From an uncultured Desulfobacter sp. (GTDB lineage: Bacteria; Desulfobacterota; Desulfobacteria; Desulfobacterales; Desulfobacteraceae): a stretch of DNA of 64,000 nucleotides. The DNA is taken from contig OY762069.1 of NCBI GenBank assembly GCA_963665095.1, positions 1,440,001 to 1,504,000 on the forward strand. The letters are read 5' to 3'. This document shows positions 1 through 11,147 of the stretch, piece after piece. The notes below the pieces were generated by a model. That model made no database searches, was not told the DNA's origin, and worked only from the letters and a program-made list of their open reading frames with translations. Position 1 is the first letter of the stretch; each line of letters starts with the position of its first letter. Position numbers and translations under genes: made by a program.

Positions 1-134
1 GTTTCTGGAACAATAACTATGTCCATGTACCCATGGATGCCTCGGCCGGGCGGCGTAAAAAGCTGGATCCGGCCGGCAGACTGTGGCAGTCGGTACTGGA
101 AACCACAGGCCAGAATGCCTTGATTAATACGTAA
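1..134 (+). CDS. 3' end of probable ATP-dependent 6-phosphofructokinase (partial)
   Basis: Frame from nt 3 reads FWNNNYVHVPMDASAGRRKKLDPAGRLWQSVLETTGQNALINT*, resembling the HVP..RKK.DP...LW.SVLE.TGQ C-terminus of PfkA-type enzymes; stop at 132-134. Confidence 0.65.
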   Translation, partial: FWNNNYVHVPMDASAGRRKKLDPAGRLWQSVLETTGQNALINT

Positions 135-1803
135 TTTCCTGGAACTTTCCCTTTTTTACGGTAATCAGAAACAATTCTTTATGGGGAGTCCCGGTCTCAT
201 CAAAACGTGTCCGTCCAGTTGCCCCGTCAAATATCATCTGGCCCTGAAGGATATTTTTAAAATCCTTTCTTGACCTTACATCTGCCGCTCTGACTGCCGT
301 AAATAGGATCCGGGTCGTATCATAGGCAACTGCCTCTAAAAAACCGGGTTTATCCTCAAAAAACGACTGAAATGCCGTATCAAACTTTACGGTTTCAGGA
401 TTTTTGCTCTCACTGAAGTATCCGTCACAAATAACGGCATTTTGATTATATCCACGAGACTGGACTAAAAGAGAGTCCCTGTGCCACAGATTGGTGCCCA
501 GCAAAATAACGTCTCTAACATCGTAATAGGCCAGCTGAGGGAGAATCAGATTCACCCTGGATAAACTGTCCGGAATGAAAAGCGCCTCAAAGGCAAGATT
601 TATCTGATTTGCTTTTTTTAATGCTGACCGGGTTGAAATTCTGTCAGAACCAAGTGCTGGTTCCTGGTCTTCCTGATACGCCTCTTCGCCTGCCGGGTCA
701 TCATATTGGACTTCGGTCAGCTTTATTATGGGCTTGGAAAAATCAGTGTTATTCCCGTTATAAGATTCTGCTGCAACCAAATGCCCGTCAAACTGGGCAA
801 CCATATCCCGGAACGTCTGCAAATAGCGATCCCCATATTTATCATCCGGATATAAAATCGCCACTCTTTTCAGACCCAGCTTTAAAAAAATGTAAGACCC
901 CAGGGCTTGAACCTGCATCTCAGGGGTGATGAAATTACTGAATATATAATCACCGTAAAGAGGGATCTCGGTTTTCTGGGTCATGGCCATCATGGGGATA
1001 CCTAACTCTTGCGCCTTCTCAGCTGCATCTTCGGAAACCAGGATAGGACCCAGAATGGCAAACACATTGTCATGGGCAAGCTCCTCAACGCACTGCACCG
1101 CGTGAATGGGGTCTGATCGGCTGTCCTTAAATACCATGCTGACAGTGAAGCCTTTAACTTCGGTCAGCTGGGCCAGTGCCAACTGAATTCCCTGCATGGC
1201 CTTCTGGCCGTAAAGCTGGTATTTGCCGGACAGTGGCAGAATGCAACCCAGTTTTGTTTTATCAAAAAGAGCTGTCTCTTGTTGTGCTAAAAGTTCTTTG
1301 ATCTCCCGGGTACGGGAATGCTCAGGATATCTTTCCAGAAAGGTCTGTGAAAATAGGACAGCATTGGCTGCATCCTGCCGCTCGGCATAGTTGCGGGCGA
1401 TCCAGTAATCAAAAAGGTCCCTGGGAATGGTAAGATTTTTAATCTCTGAAAACTTTTTAATATCTTCGGGATCGGCTTTACATAAAAGCCCTTCCACTTG
1501 ATTCATGATAATGTCTTTATTATAGGATGCATCCGGTCCTGCATCTGGTTTTTCAACCAGATTAAGGGCATGATTATATATCAACAGTGCATCAGCAACA
1601 GCACCCTGCTCGGCAAAACTTCTGGCATCATTAATCAGACCGGATATATCCGCTTTTTCAGGAACAGGCTTTTGTGCCGGCACCGGGGGCGGCGGAAGGG
1701 GTGCAGGATCTGGTACAGCCTGTTTACCGCATCCGGACATAAACCCTAACGCAACAAAAAAAACGAAGGGAATTAGAACTTTGATTTGGATTGCATGTAT
1801 CAT
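124..1803 (-). CDS. LpoA/LppC-like lipoprotein (penicillin-binding protein activator / type I periplasmic binding fold)
   Basis: Lipobox MSGC, Pro-rich linker, helical region, then GCILPLSGKY...GP..S periplasmic-binding domain ending FDGATGRTRFD. Confidence 0.75.
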   Translation of the reverse strand: MIHAIQIKVLIPFVFFVALGFMSGCGKQAVPDPAPLPPPPVPAQKPVPEKADISGLINDARSFAEQGAVADALLIYNHALNLVEKPDAGPDASYNKDIIMNQVEGLLCKADPEDIKKFSEIKNLTIPRDLFDYWIARNYAERQDAANAVLFSQTFLERYPEHSRTREIKELLAQQETALFDKTKLGCILPLSGKYQLYGQKAMQGIQLALAQLTEVKGFTVSMVFKDSRSDPIHAVQCVEELAHDNVFAILGPILVSEDAAEKAQELGIPMMAMTQKTEIPLYGDYIFSNFITPEMQVQALGSYIFLKLGLKRVAILYPDDKYGDRYLQTFRDMVAQFDGHLVAAESYNGNNTDFSKPIIKLTEVQYDDPAGEEAYQEDQEPALGSDRISTRSALKKANQINLAFEALFIPDSLSRVNLILPQLAYYDVRDVILLGTNLWHRDSLLVQSRGYNQNAVICDGYFSESKNPETVKFDTAFQSFFEDKPGFLEAVAYDTTRILFTAVRAADVRSRKDFKNILQGQMIFDGATGRTRFDETGTPHKELFLITVKKGKFQEITY

Positions 1804-1872
1804 TAAGATTCCAGTTAATTTTTGTTATTATTATCTTTTCTTTAAACTGCAGGGTATAGTCAAATAAGGACG

Positions 1873-2784
1873 TTATGTCAAAAATTCTTTTGCCTGTTCA
1901 ATGGCCTTATCTGTATCTGACACATCTATCCAGACCAGACCCGGCTCTTTGTTGAACCAGGTAAACTGTCGTTTGGCATATCTTCGGGTATCCCGCTTTA
2001 AAAGTCGTATGGCCTCATTCAGATCGGCTTCTCCCTTGAGATACATGCCCATGTGCCGGTAACCAATGGACTGCATGGATTTTAAATCAAGGGAATATCC
2101 TTTTGCCACAAGCTGTTTCACCTCTTCAAGGAGGCCTTGTTCCATCATGATGTCCACCCGACGGTTTATTCTTTCATATAAGACACTGCGGTCCATAAAA
2201 AGTCCAAACGTAAGGCTTTCATACCGGTTTGATTTAAAATCGTGGTCGCTCTGACGACTGGAAATAGGGGTTCCGGTTGTCTGAAAGACTTCAAGTGCCC
2301 TGACAATCCTGAACCCGTCATTGGGATGAATTTTTTTGGCCGCATCGGGATCACAGATTGCGAGCTGTTCGTGAAGTACCACAGGCCCTTTATCTTCAAG
2401 CTCGTCATTCAATTGATCCAGGGTTTGCGGACAGACAGGTCTTGCCCTGAACAGTCCATGAATCAATGCCCTTATATAAAGGCCGGTCCCCCCGGCCACC
2501 ACCGGCACCAGGCCCCGCTCAGTGATATCGGCAATGGCCTGATCCGCCATGGCGGAAAAACGGCCGGCATCAAACTCCTCTTTCGGGTCAAGAAAGTCAA
2601 CAAGGTGATGAACAGCCTGCTTTCGTTCCATTTCATCGGGTTTGGCGGTACCCACATCCATATACTTATAAATCTGCATGGAATCCGCCCCGACAATTTC
2701 TGCATTCAGTGCCCGGGAAAGCGTAATTGCAAATCCTGTTTTTCCAACTCCGGTGGGACCGCATATAGTAATAATTTTAATCAT
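1873..2784 (-). CDS. miaA: tRNA dimethylallyltransferase
   Basis: GPTGVGKT, DSMQIYKYMDVGTAKP, GGTGLY, TRRYAKRQFTWF motifs. Confidence 0.97.
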   Translation of the reverse strand: MIKIITICGPTGVGKTGFAITLSRALNAEIVGADSMQIYKYMDVGTAKPDEMERKQAVHHLVDFLDPKEEFDAGRFSAMADQAIADITERGLVPVVAGGTGLYIRALIHGLFRARPVCPQTLDQLNDELEDKGPVVLHEQLAICDPDAAKKIHPNDGFRIVRALEVFQTTGTPISSRQSDHDFKSNRYESLTFGLFMDRSVLYERINRRVDIMMEQGLLEEVKQLVAKGYSLDLKSMQSIGYRHMGMYLKGEADLNEAIRLLKRDTRRYAKRQFTWFNKEPGLVWIDVSDTDKAIEQAKEFLT

Positions 2785-3106
2785 ACAAAAAATGAGCCCT
2801 GATAAGGTAATCGTCAGTCCTGTATAGGGTTATTAAATAAGGCAATTAAGGTTGACATTATTTAGTGAAACAGTCTATATCATGATTTTAAATTAATGGT
2901 AAGTAATTAAGGCCTTAAACCGCATAGTCTGTATACAGTTTAGAGGTTTTATCATGAAAAACAAAACCTGTTTTTCAAAATTTGTTACCATTGTGACCAT
3001 GGTTCGACCTGGTCATTTTTCTCCAGGTTGGATCTTCAACTATACATGAAAGAACGCCTGCCTTCATCTGGTTCTTTCATATTAATCCTTAAGGAGAGAT
3101 CACACT

Positions 3107-6100
3107 ATGAGTTCTGAAACAATCGGATCAGTCGCGGTGGTTGGCGGAGGTATATCCGGCATGCTGACAGCCCTTGATCTTGCCAACTCCGGATACTACG
3201 TCCATCTGGTGGAGAAAAGTCCTTCCATTGGCGGGGTAATGTCCCAGCTTGATAAGACATTTCCCACCAATGACTGTGCCATGTGAATTATCTCACCTAC
3301 ACTGGTCGAGGTCGGCCGGCACTTGAATATTGAATTACTCACTCTGTCAGAAATAGAAAAAGTATCTGGTGAGGCGGGAAATTTTGAAATTACCCTGAAC
3401 CAGAGTCCACGATTTATCGATACCAACAAATGTACGGGATGCGGCGAATGTGCCGAAGCCTGTCCTGTCACTCTGCCAAGCCTTTTTGAACAGGGCCTGG
3501 GATTAAGAAAAGCCACCTTTAAACCTTATGCACAGGCTGTCCCGGGGGCTTTTTCCATTTCCAAGAAAGACCGTTCCCCCTGTACCAATGCCTGTCCCAA
3601 TGAAGTAAATGCCCATGGTTACGTCAAGATGATTGGCCAGAAGAAGTATAAAGAGGCATTGGAAGTCATTACCCGTAACCTGCCCATGCCGGGTTCCATT
3701 GGCCGCATTTGTCCTCACCCCTGCGAAGATGCCTGCCGGCGTCAGCAGGTGGAGGAACCCATTTCCATCTGCAGTCTGAAACGATTTGCTGCCGATCAGG
3801 TGGACATCACCAGCCTTGAGCTGCCTGAAATCCCGTTACGGGAAGAAAAGGTCGCCATTGTAGGAGCAGGCCCTGCAGGTCTTACTGCTGCCTGGTTTCT
3901 TGCCAATAAAGGGGTTCAGGTCACCATTTTCGAGGCCCTTCCGGCTGCCGGCGGTATGCTTAAGGTGGGTATTCCTGATTACCGCCTGCCCCCTGAAGTC
4001 CTGGATAAGGAAACTGCCTTTATTACCTCAAGGCCCGGCGTTGAGATAAAATACAACACAGCCCTGGGCAGAGACTTCACCGTGGATTCGTTAATGGAGG
4101 AAGGGTATAAATCTGTATATCTGGCCATTGGCTGCCATACGGGGATGACCCTTGGCATACCCGGAGAAGATGCCCAGGGGGTTATTTCCGGTGTTGAGCT
4201 TTTAAAAGAGGTGGCCTTAGGGCGGTTTGAAGGACTTTCCGGCAATGTCGCCATTATCGGCGGTGGTGATGTGGCCATAGATGCAGCCAGAACAGCCTTA
4301 AGAATCGGTGCGGACAAGGTGAGTATCCTTTACAGACGAACCGAGGCTGAAATGCCGGCTCGCGATGAAGAGATCGAAGATGCCCTGGAAGAAAATGTGG
4401 ATATCCAGTTTCTTACCGCACCTGTTGAAGTGGTGGTTGAAAACGGAAAAACCGTCGGCATCAAATGTCTGAAAATGGAACTTGGAGAACCTGATAAAAG
4501 CGGCAGACGGCGGCCGGTGCCCATTGAGGGCAGTGAATTTATTCTGGATGCCGACTATATCATCCCGGCCATCGGTCAGAGAACAAACTCTGCCTGCCTT
4601 GAGACCTCCACAGGAATTGAGATCAATAAATGGGCCAACATTGAAGCCGATCCCATCTCTTTTGAAACTTCCCGCAAAGGGGTGTTTGCCGGCGGTGATG
4701 CCCAGACCGGGGCCTCCATTGCCATCAATGCCGTGGCAGCCGGAAAAGAGGCAGCCATCTCTATCATCCGCCTTTTGGATGGTCTCGATCTCAAAGAGGG
4801 ACGGGATCCCATTGAGTATGCCCAGAAAGATTTCAACAAAATACCCGAAGACGTTAAAAAGACCCCCAGGCACCACATGTCCCGCATCGACATGGACCAG
4901 CGGCTTAAAGGATTTGCCGAAGTGGAGCTGGGCTTTACAGAAGAGCAGGCCCTGGCAGAAGCCGGGAAGTGTTTGGACTGTATGGTGTGCTGCGAGTGCT
5001 TTGAATGTGTCAAAGCCTGCGGTGCCGGTGCTTTGACCCTTGAAACCCATCAGCAGACCGGCGGTCAAAAGGTGCTTAACACCGGTTCCATCGTACTGGC
5101 CCCGGGGTTTGAGCCTTATAATCCGTCAGGCCTTGACTATTATGGGTTTGACCGGTTTGCCAATGTGGTCACCTCCATGCAGTTTGAACGGATTCTGTCG
5201 GCCTCCGGTCCCACCCAGGGGCATCTGGTACGGCTGTCCGACCACAAGGAGCCCAAAAAGATCGCCTGGTTCCAGTGCGTGGGCTCAAGGGACATGAACC
5301 GCTGTGACAATGCCTACTGCTCCTCTGTGTGCTGTATGTATGCGCTTAAGGAAGCCGTGATTGCCAAAGAACATGCCGGCGCCGGTCTGGAGTGCTCCAT
5401 TTTCTATATGGATATGCGGACCCACGGCAAGGATTTTGAAAGATATTACAACCGGGCCCAGGACCAGGGCATCCGCTTTGTCCGGTCTCGTCCCCATACG
5501 GTTCTTGAAAAGGGAGACGATCTTGAGATCACCTATGTGGATGAAACAGGGAAAAGCGTCATTGAAACCTTTGACATGATTGTTCTCTCCATAGGCTTGG
5601 AAATATCTCCTGAAATCATAGAGATGGCAAAAGACCTGGATATTGAGCTCACCAGCGGAAATTTTGCAAAAACCGCCTCTTTTTCACCGGTTGAAACCAG
5701 CCGTAAGGGCGTATTTGTGGCAGGTGCCTTCCAGGGACCCAAAGATATTCCCCAGTCAGTTGTGGACTCTTCTGCAGCCGCCGCTGAGGCAGGGGCTTTG
5801 CTTGCACCTGCAAGAAATACTTTGATCAAGGTGCCTGAAGAAATTCCGGAAACCAATATTGTAGGTGAACGGCCCAGAATCGGCGTCTTTGTCTGCAACT
5901 GCGGTTCCAATATCGCAGGCGTGGTCAATGTGCCCGAAGTTCGCGATTATGCAGCAACGCTTCCCTATGTTGAGTATTGCACGGATAATCTTTATACCTG
6001 TTCCCAGGATACTCAGGACACCATGACCCAGATTATCAAGGAGCATAAACTCAACCGGATTGTGGTGGCGGCGTGTACCCCTAAAACCCATGAACCGCTG

Positions 6101-7549
6101 TTTCAGGAGACACTGATCAATGCCGGTCTGAACAAGTATCTCTTTGAAATGACCAATATCCGGAACCATGCCTCCTGGGTTCACAAGGAGTCTCCGGAAC
6201 TTGCCACCCAGAAGGCCAAGGATCTGATCCGCATGTCCATTTATAAGGTGGCCCTGCTTGAACCACTTAAGGAGGCGGAACTTCAGGTCAATCCGGTGGC
6301 CATGGTCATCGGCGGCGGCATTTCCGGGATGGTGTCTGCTAAAAACCTTGCCCAGCAAGGATATGAGGTTCATCTGGTGGAAAAACAGGATACACTTGGC
6401 GGGCAGGCGAACCAGCTTTACCGCACTTACCAGGATGAAGACATCTCAGCCGAACTGGGTACACTTATTAAAGATGTTACCGGCAATAGCAACGTTCATT
6501 TGCATATGAACACCACCCTGGAAGATGTCCAGGGTTTTGTGGGTAATTTCAAATCCGAGCTGAAGAACGGCAAGGGTTCTACCACCCTTGAACATGGCGT
6601 GGCCATTGTTGCCACAGGTGCCCATGAACATAAGCCGGATGAATACTGCTACGGTAAAGATGACCGGATTCTCACCAGCCTTGAACTGGATAAAAAGTTC
6701 ATTGAAAAGGATGACAGCCTTAAGGATCTAAACACTGCCGTATTTATCCAGTGTGTGGGGTCAAGGGAAAAGGAAAGACCCTATTGTTCACGGGTCTGCT
6801 GCACCCACTCCATTGAAAGCGCCCTGGAACTTAAAAAGATGAACCCGGACATGAATGTTTACATTCTTTACAGGGACATCCGAACTTATGGTGAAAGGGA
6901 ATATAAATACCAGCAGGCACGGACAGCCGGCATTATTTTCATCCGTTACTCTGTGGATGATAAGCCGGTGGTAGATGTGAAAGACGGCAGTTTGACCATT
7001 ACCACAAAAGACCATGTTCTTGGCTTACCCGTTGAAATCGAGACGGATCTGATCACCCTTGCCACAGCCATTATCCCCAACAGTGATGAAAAGCTTGCCA
7101 ATTTCTTTAAAGTGCCCATGAACGAAGACGGGTTCTTTGTTGAGAAACACGCCAAGCTTGGACCGTCTGAGTTTGCCACGGACGGCGTATTCCTGTGCGG
7201 ACTGGCCCACTACCCCAAACCCATTGATGAGGCCATTGCCCACGGGCAGGCTGCCGCATCCAGGGCGGTCACGCTTCTGGCCAGGGAGACGGTGAAGACC
7301 TCAGGTACTGTGGCTGCCGTAGATCCCATGAAGTGTTCTTCCTGCGGCGTCTGTGTCTCCATCTGCCCTTACTCTGCCCCGGCATTTGAAACTGAGGGAC
7401 GGTTTGAGGGTAAGGCGGCGGTCAATCCGGTACTGTGCAAAGGTTGCGGCCTGTGTGTCGCTTCCTGCAGGTCTGGCGCGCTTCACCTGAAAGGGTTTGA
7501 TACCAATCAGATACTTGCTCAGATTTTTGCATTGGGAGAAGCTGTATAG
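3107..7549 (+). CDS. hdrA: HdrL-type large heterodisulfide reductase A subunit (HdrA with inserted GltD-like NAD(P)/FAD domain), selenoprotein, 1480 aa
   Basis: RBS AAGGAG then ATG at 3107: [18 protein letters not shown]...[15 protein letters not shown](3284-3286)-IISP, in frame with the 3323..7549 ORF; UGA sits at the conserved Cys of DC.MCI; HdrA motifs CVGSR and YCS.VCC occur twice; GltD-like [10 protein letters not shown] and GAGPAG. Confidence 0.93.
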
Positions 7550-7555
7550 CTGTCC

Positions 7556-7597
7556 TAGGACCATCCATGGGTGTCGCTACACTTATGGATGGTCCTA
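7556..7597 (+). other. Intergenic 19-bp stem-loop
   Basis: TAGGACCATCCATGGGTGT-CGCT-ACACTTATGGATGGTCCTA: 17 Watson-Crick and 2 GU pairs, no U tract. Confidence 0.75.
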
Positions 7598-7649
7598 TCA
7601 ACTGCTTTAAAACTTAAAAATTGAGTGCTTTCACATATAAGGAGTCATA

Positions 7650-8072
7650 ATGACTGAACATAATACAAAAATTGTTGCATTTCTGTGCAACTGGTGCAGC
7701 TATGGCGCAGCCGACCTTGCCGGCGTCAGCCGGATGCAGTATCCGGCTGATGTACGGGTGATCCGAATTCCGTGTACCGGACGAATGAGTCCGAAATTCA
7801 TCCTGTCCGCCCTTAGAGAAGGGGCCGATGCCGTATGGGTGTCCGGCTGACATCCCGGTGAATGCCATTACCTGGAAGGTAATTACTATGCACGCCGGAA
7901 ATTCGCATTAATGGGAAATCTGCTTGAACACATGGGGATTGAAAAAGATCGGGTTCATTTTTCCTGGATTTCATCTGCCGAAGCCACCAAGTTTGCAGAT
8001 GTTGTCAGAGAAATCTGTAAAAAGGTTGAAGCGCTTGGACCCAATACAAAATTTGTAAAGGACTATAGCTGA
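7650..8072 (+). CDS. flxD: MvhD/FlxD [2Fe-2S] subunit, selenoprotein, 140 aa
   Basis: [21 protein letters not shown](7848-7850)-HPGECHY..GNY; the frame continues to TGA 8070-8072, which overlaps the next ATG. Confidence 0.93.
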
Positions 8073-9019
8073 TGGATACTTGTATGGATAAAATAAAACA
8101 GCTGGCTTGTGACCTGCTTGAAAAAGGTGAGGTGGATCAGGTGGTCGGGTTTACCAACGGGACCCTTCCCATGGCTACGCGACCTGTGATCATCCGCTCC
8201 AAAAAAGATATTGATAAATTGACATTCAACTCTTTTTGCGGGCTCAACCTTGCCAACTATGTCCGGCAGCAAAAGGGTAAAACCGCTGTAATTGCCAAAG
8301 GGTGTGACTCCAGAAATATTGTCACCCATATCGTTGAAAATCAGGTCAAGCGGGACCAGATTTATGTCATTGGCGTGCCCTGCACTGGCATGGTGGATAA
8401 AACCAAGCTTGCACAGAAAGTTGAAGAGGATATTACCGCTGTTTCGGAAGAAAACGGTAAACTGATTGTAACCACCGCTTCAAAAACCGAAACCATTGAT
8501 AAAAAAGCGGTGTTAAAAGGCAACTGCATGTACTGCACCCATCCAAACCCTGAAATCTGTGATGTGATGGCGGCAGAACCCGTGGAGGTGCCTAAGCTTG
8601 ACAACGCCTTTGCCGATGTGGATGAGATTGCGGCATTAGAACCGGAACAGCGTTGGGCCCATTTTGAGGATCTTTTATCCAACTGCATCCGCTGTTATGC
8701 CTGCAGAAATGCCTGTCCTTTATGTTACTGCCCCACCTGTTTTGTGGATGAATCAGGGCCCCAGTGGGTGGGCAAGGGCCAGAATAAAACAGATGTCTTA
8801 ACCTTTCATTTCCTTCGGGCATACCATTGCGCCGGCCGCTGCACTGACTGCGGTGCCTGTGTGGAGGCCTGTCCCATGGGAATCAATGTCAGAGATTTTA
8901 CCCGGAAATTGAACAAGGATGCCCTGGATCTGTTTGGGTGGGAAGCGGGATGTGATCCTGAAAAACGACCGCCCCTTGATGCATTCAGTCCTGATGATCC
9001 AAATGATTTTATCAAGTAA
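8072..9019 (+). CDS. flxC: FlxC-like 4Fe-4S protein
   Basis: KGCDSR, CIRCYACRNACPLCYC..C, GRCTDCGACVEACP; position between flxD and flxB. Confidence 0.8.
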   Translation: MDTCMDKIKQLACDLLEKGEVDQVVGFTNGTLPMATRPVIIRSKKDIDKLTFNSFCGLNLANYVRQQKGKTAVIAKGCDSRNIVTHIVENQVKRDQIYVIGVPCTGMVDKTKLAQKVEEDITAVSEENGKLIVTTASKTETIDKKAVLKGNCMYCTHPNPEICDVMAAEPVEVPKLDNAFADVDEIAALEPEQRWAHFEDLLSNCIRCYACRNACPLCYCPTCFVDESGPQWVGKGQNKTDVLTFHFLRAYHCAGRCTDCGACVEACPMGINVRDFTRKLNKDALDLFGWEAGCDPEKRPPLDAFSPDDPNDFIK

Positions 9020-9041
9020 CCGTTACGAATAAGGAAATCTC

Positions 9042-10097
9042 ATGAATTTCATAAACATTGATAAAAAAGACTGGGACCAGGGCATTGATCTTTCCAGGAA
9101 AGCATACAGGCTCTTCGGCCCGGTAACAGATAAAAACGGCTGCAGGTTCCAGGAACTTGCACCCGGCACTGCGCCTGAGATGGATGTCCGTGATACCGTC
9201 ATGTCGCCCAAGTGTGTCATTTTTCCCCAGTCAGAACCCATTATTACCTCCTGTCTGGATGAAAACAAAAAAGACCACCACATCATGAAACGGGCGGAAA
9301 CCGATTATTCACCCAGAGCGGTTCTTGGCATCAGACCCTATGACGCCAAGGCGGTTCAGCTGGTCAAGCTCAATTTTGACACGGATGATTATCGTGATCC
9401 CTACTGGTGTGACGCCTATGAAGCCACCACTTTTGTGGGCCTTGCTGAAAATCACCCGGGGCCCTTGGACTTTTCAATGTCCGTGGGGTCAGGTCCCTTT
9501 GCCGAAGAGGGCTTAGATGTGCTATTGGCGGATATGGATGACAAATATGTCGCCAAAGTGCTTACGGACAAGGGGCAGGCCTATATGGACGCCTGCGGGT
9601 TTAATAACATAGCCGAAGAAAAAGAGACCTCTGCCCTGTTTGATATATTAAAAAAACAGGCTGAAAAAGAGGCGGTATCCAATGTCTCAACAGACCATTT
9701 GAAAGAGAAAACCCTGCTTGACCTCCACGAGGCACCCTTCTGGGATGACTTGGCCTTTGCCTGCATCAACTGCGGGACATGTACCTTTGTCTGCCCGACC
9801 TGCTGGTGCTTTGACATCCAGGACGAGACCAAGCTCAAGGAATCAACACGGTACAGGAACTGGGACACCTGCATGTCCCCCTTGTTCACACGGCATGCCA
9901 CAGGCCACAACCCAAGAGGTGAAAAGACCCAGCGGGTCCGCCAACGCTTTATGCACAAGCTCAAATATTTTCTGGACAAATATGACCAGGGCATTATGTG
10001 TGTGGGATGCGGCAGATGCGTGAAAAGTTGTCCGGTAAACATTGATATCCGGCAGGTCTGTGAAACAATGAACGCATATGAAAAGCTTGTAGATTAG
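9042..10097 (+). CDS. flxB: FlxB-like (AsrA-family) 4Fe-4S protein
   Basis: CINCGTCTFVCPTCWCF, R.WDTC, RQRFMHK, CVGCGRCVKSCP. Confidence 0.82.
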   Translation: MNFINIDKKDWDQGIDLSRKAYRLFGPVTDKNGCRFQELAPGTAPEMDVRDTVMSPKCVIFPQSEPIITSCLDENKKDHHIMKRAETDYSPRAVLGIRPYDAKAVQLVKLNFDTDDYRDPYWCDAYEATTFVGLAENHPGPLDFSMSVGSGPFAEEGLDVLLADMDDKYVAKVLTDKGQAYMDACGFNNIAEEKETSALFDILKKQAEKEAVSNVSTDHLKEKTLLDLHEAPFWDDLAFACINCGTCTFVCPTCWCFDIQDETKLKESTRYRNWDTCMSPLFTRHATGHNPRGEKTQRVRQRFMHKLKYFLDKYDQGIMCVGCGRCVKSCPVNIDIRQVCETMNAYEKLVD

Positions 10098-10118
10098 CGG
10101 ACAAAGGAGAATTTCAAA

Positions 10119-10964
10119 ATGGAGAATCCATATTTACCCTATCCGGTTCGCATTGATAATATTGACATTGCAACGGAAGACAGATCGTTAAAAACGTTTA
10201 AGTTCGTTTTCTTAAATGAAGGAGACGAAGAAAAATTTGCATACCATGCCGGACAGTTTGCTGAACTTTCCATTCCAGGCATTGGGGAGATCCCCATCGG
10301 CATTGCCTCATCTCCTGTTGAAAAGGGCTTTGTGAAGTTCACTGTTTTCAGAACCGGCGTGGTCACCTCCTATCTTCACAATATGAAGGAAGGAGATGTC
10401 ATGGGGATCCGAGGCCCTTTGGGCAACTGGTACCCCTGGGATATGCTCAAGGGCAAAAACCTAGTGATCATTGGCGGCGGGTTTGCCTTTACCACCCTGC
10501 GCTCATCCATCGTTTACATGCTGGATCCTGCCAACCGCAAAGATTTCGGTACCATTGACGTGGTGTATGGTGCCCGCAGTCCCGGCATGCTGCTATACAG
10601 AGAAGAGCTTTATGAATGGGAAAAACGTGATGATATTAATATGCATATCACCGTGGATGGAACCGATGATCCCAACTGGAAATATAATACCGGTTTTGTT
10701 CCCCAAATCGTGGAACAAAAGGCACCCCAAGCGGATAAAGATACCTATGCAATCATCTGTGGGCCGCCCATTATGATCAAATTTACTCAGCCGGCTTTGA
10801 CCAAACTCGGCTACGAACCGGATCAGATTATTATGTCCCTGGAAAACCGCATGAAGTGCGGCATTGGTATGTGCGGCAGATGCAATATCGGTAAGGAACT
10901 TGTCTGCAAGGATGGTCCGGTCTTTACGCTTGAGCAGATCAACCAGACCCCGAAAGAGTATTAA
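10119..10964 (+). CDS. flxA: FlxA-like FAD/NAD(P)-binding [2Fe-2S] oxidoreductase
   Basis: GQF, RGPLGN, CGPPIM, SLENRMKCGIGMCGRC...CKDGPVF. Confidence 0.85.
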   Translation: MENPYLPYPVRIDNIDIATEDRSLKTFKFVFLNEGDEEKFAYHAGQFAELSIPGIGEIPIGIASSPVEKGFVKFTVFRTGVVTSYLHNMKEGDVMGIRGPLGNWYPWDMLKGKNLVIIGGGFAFTTLRSSIVYMLDPANRKDFGTIDVVYGARSPGMLLYREELYEWEKRDDINMHITVDGTDDPNWKYNTGFVPQIVEQKAPQADKDTYAIICGPPIMIKFTQPALTKLGYEPDQIIMSLENRMKCGIGMCGRCNIGKELVCKDGPVFTLEQINQTPKEY

Positions 10965-11016
10965 CTATGCCCTGTTCAGCAATTTTATTTTTTAGTGAAA
11001 CGTTTGCTATTCTTTG

Positions 11017-11045
11017 TTGACAAGCAGTAAATGCTGAGATATGTT
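11017..11045 (+). promoter_or_regulatory. sigma70-type promoter upstream of dsrC
   Basis: TTGACA-17 nt-TATGTT. Confidence 0.55.
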
Positions 11046-11147
11046 AAGTTCTCAATTGTTTAAGCGATCTTTAAAGTGAAGACGGATAGTCTTAAGATAG
11101 GTATGTTAAATACAGTTGAATCAAACTTTTTTAGGAGGATTTTTTAA

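Noticed and set aside
3284..7850. hdrA and mvhD/flxD as nonsense pseudogenes
   Set aside because: Both TGAs sit exactly at conserved Cys positions with intact frames, which fits selenocysteine
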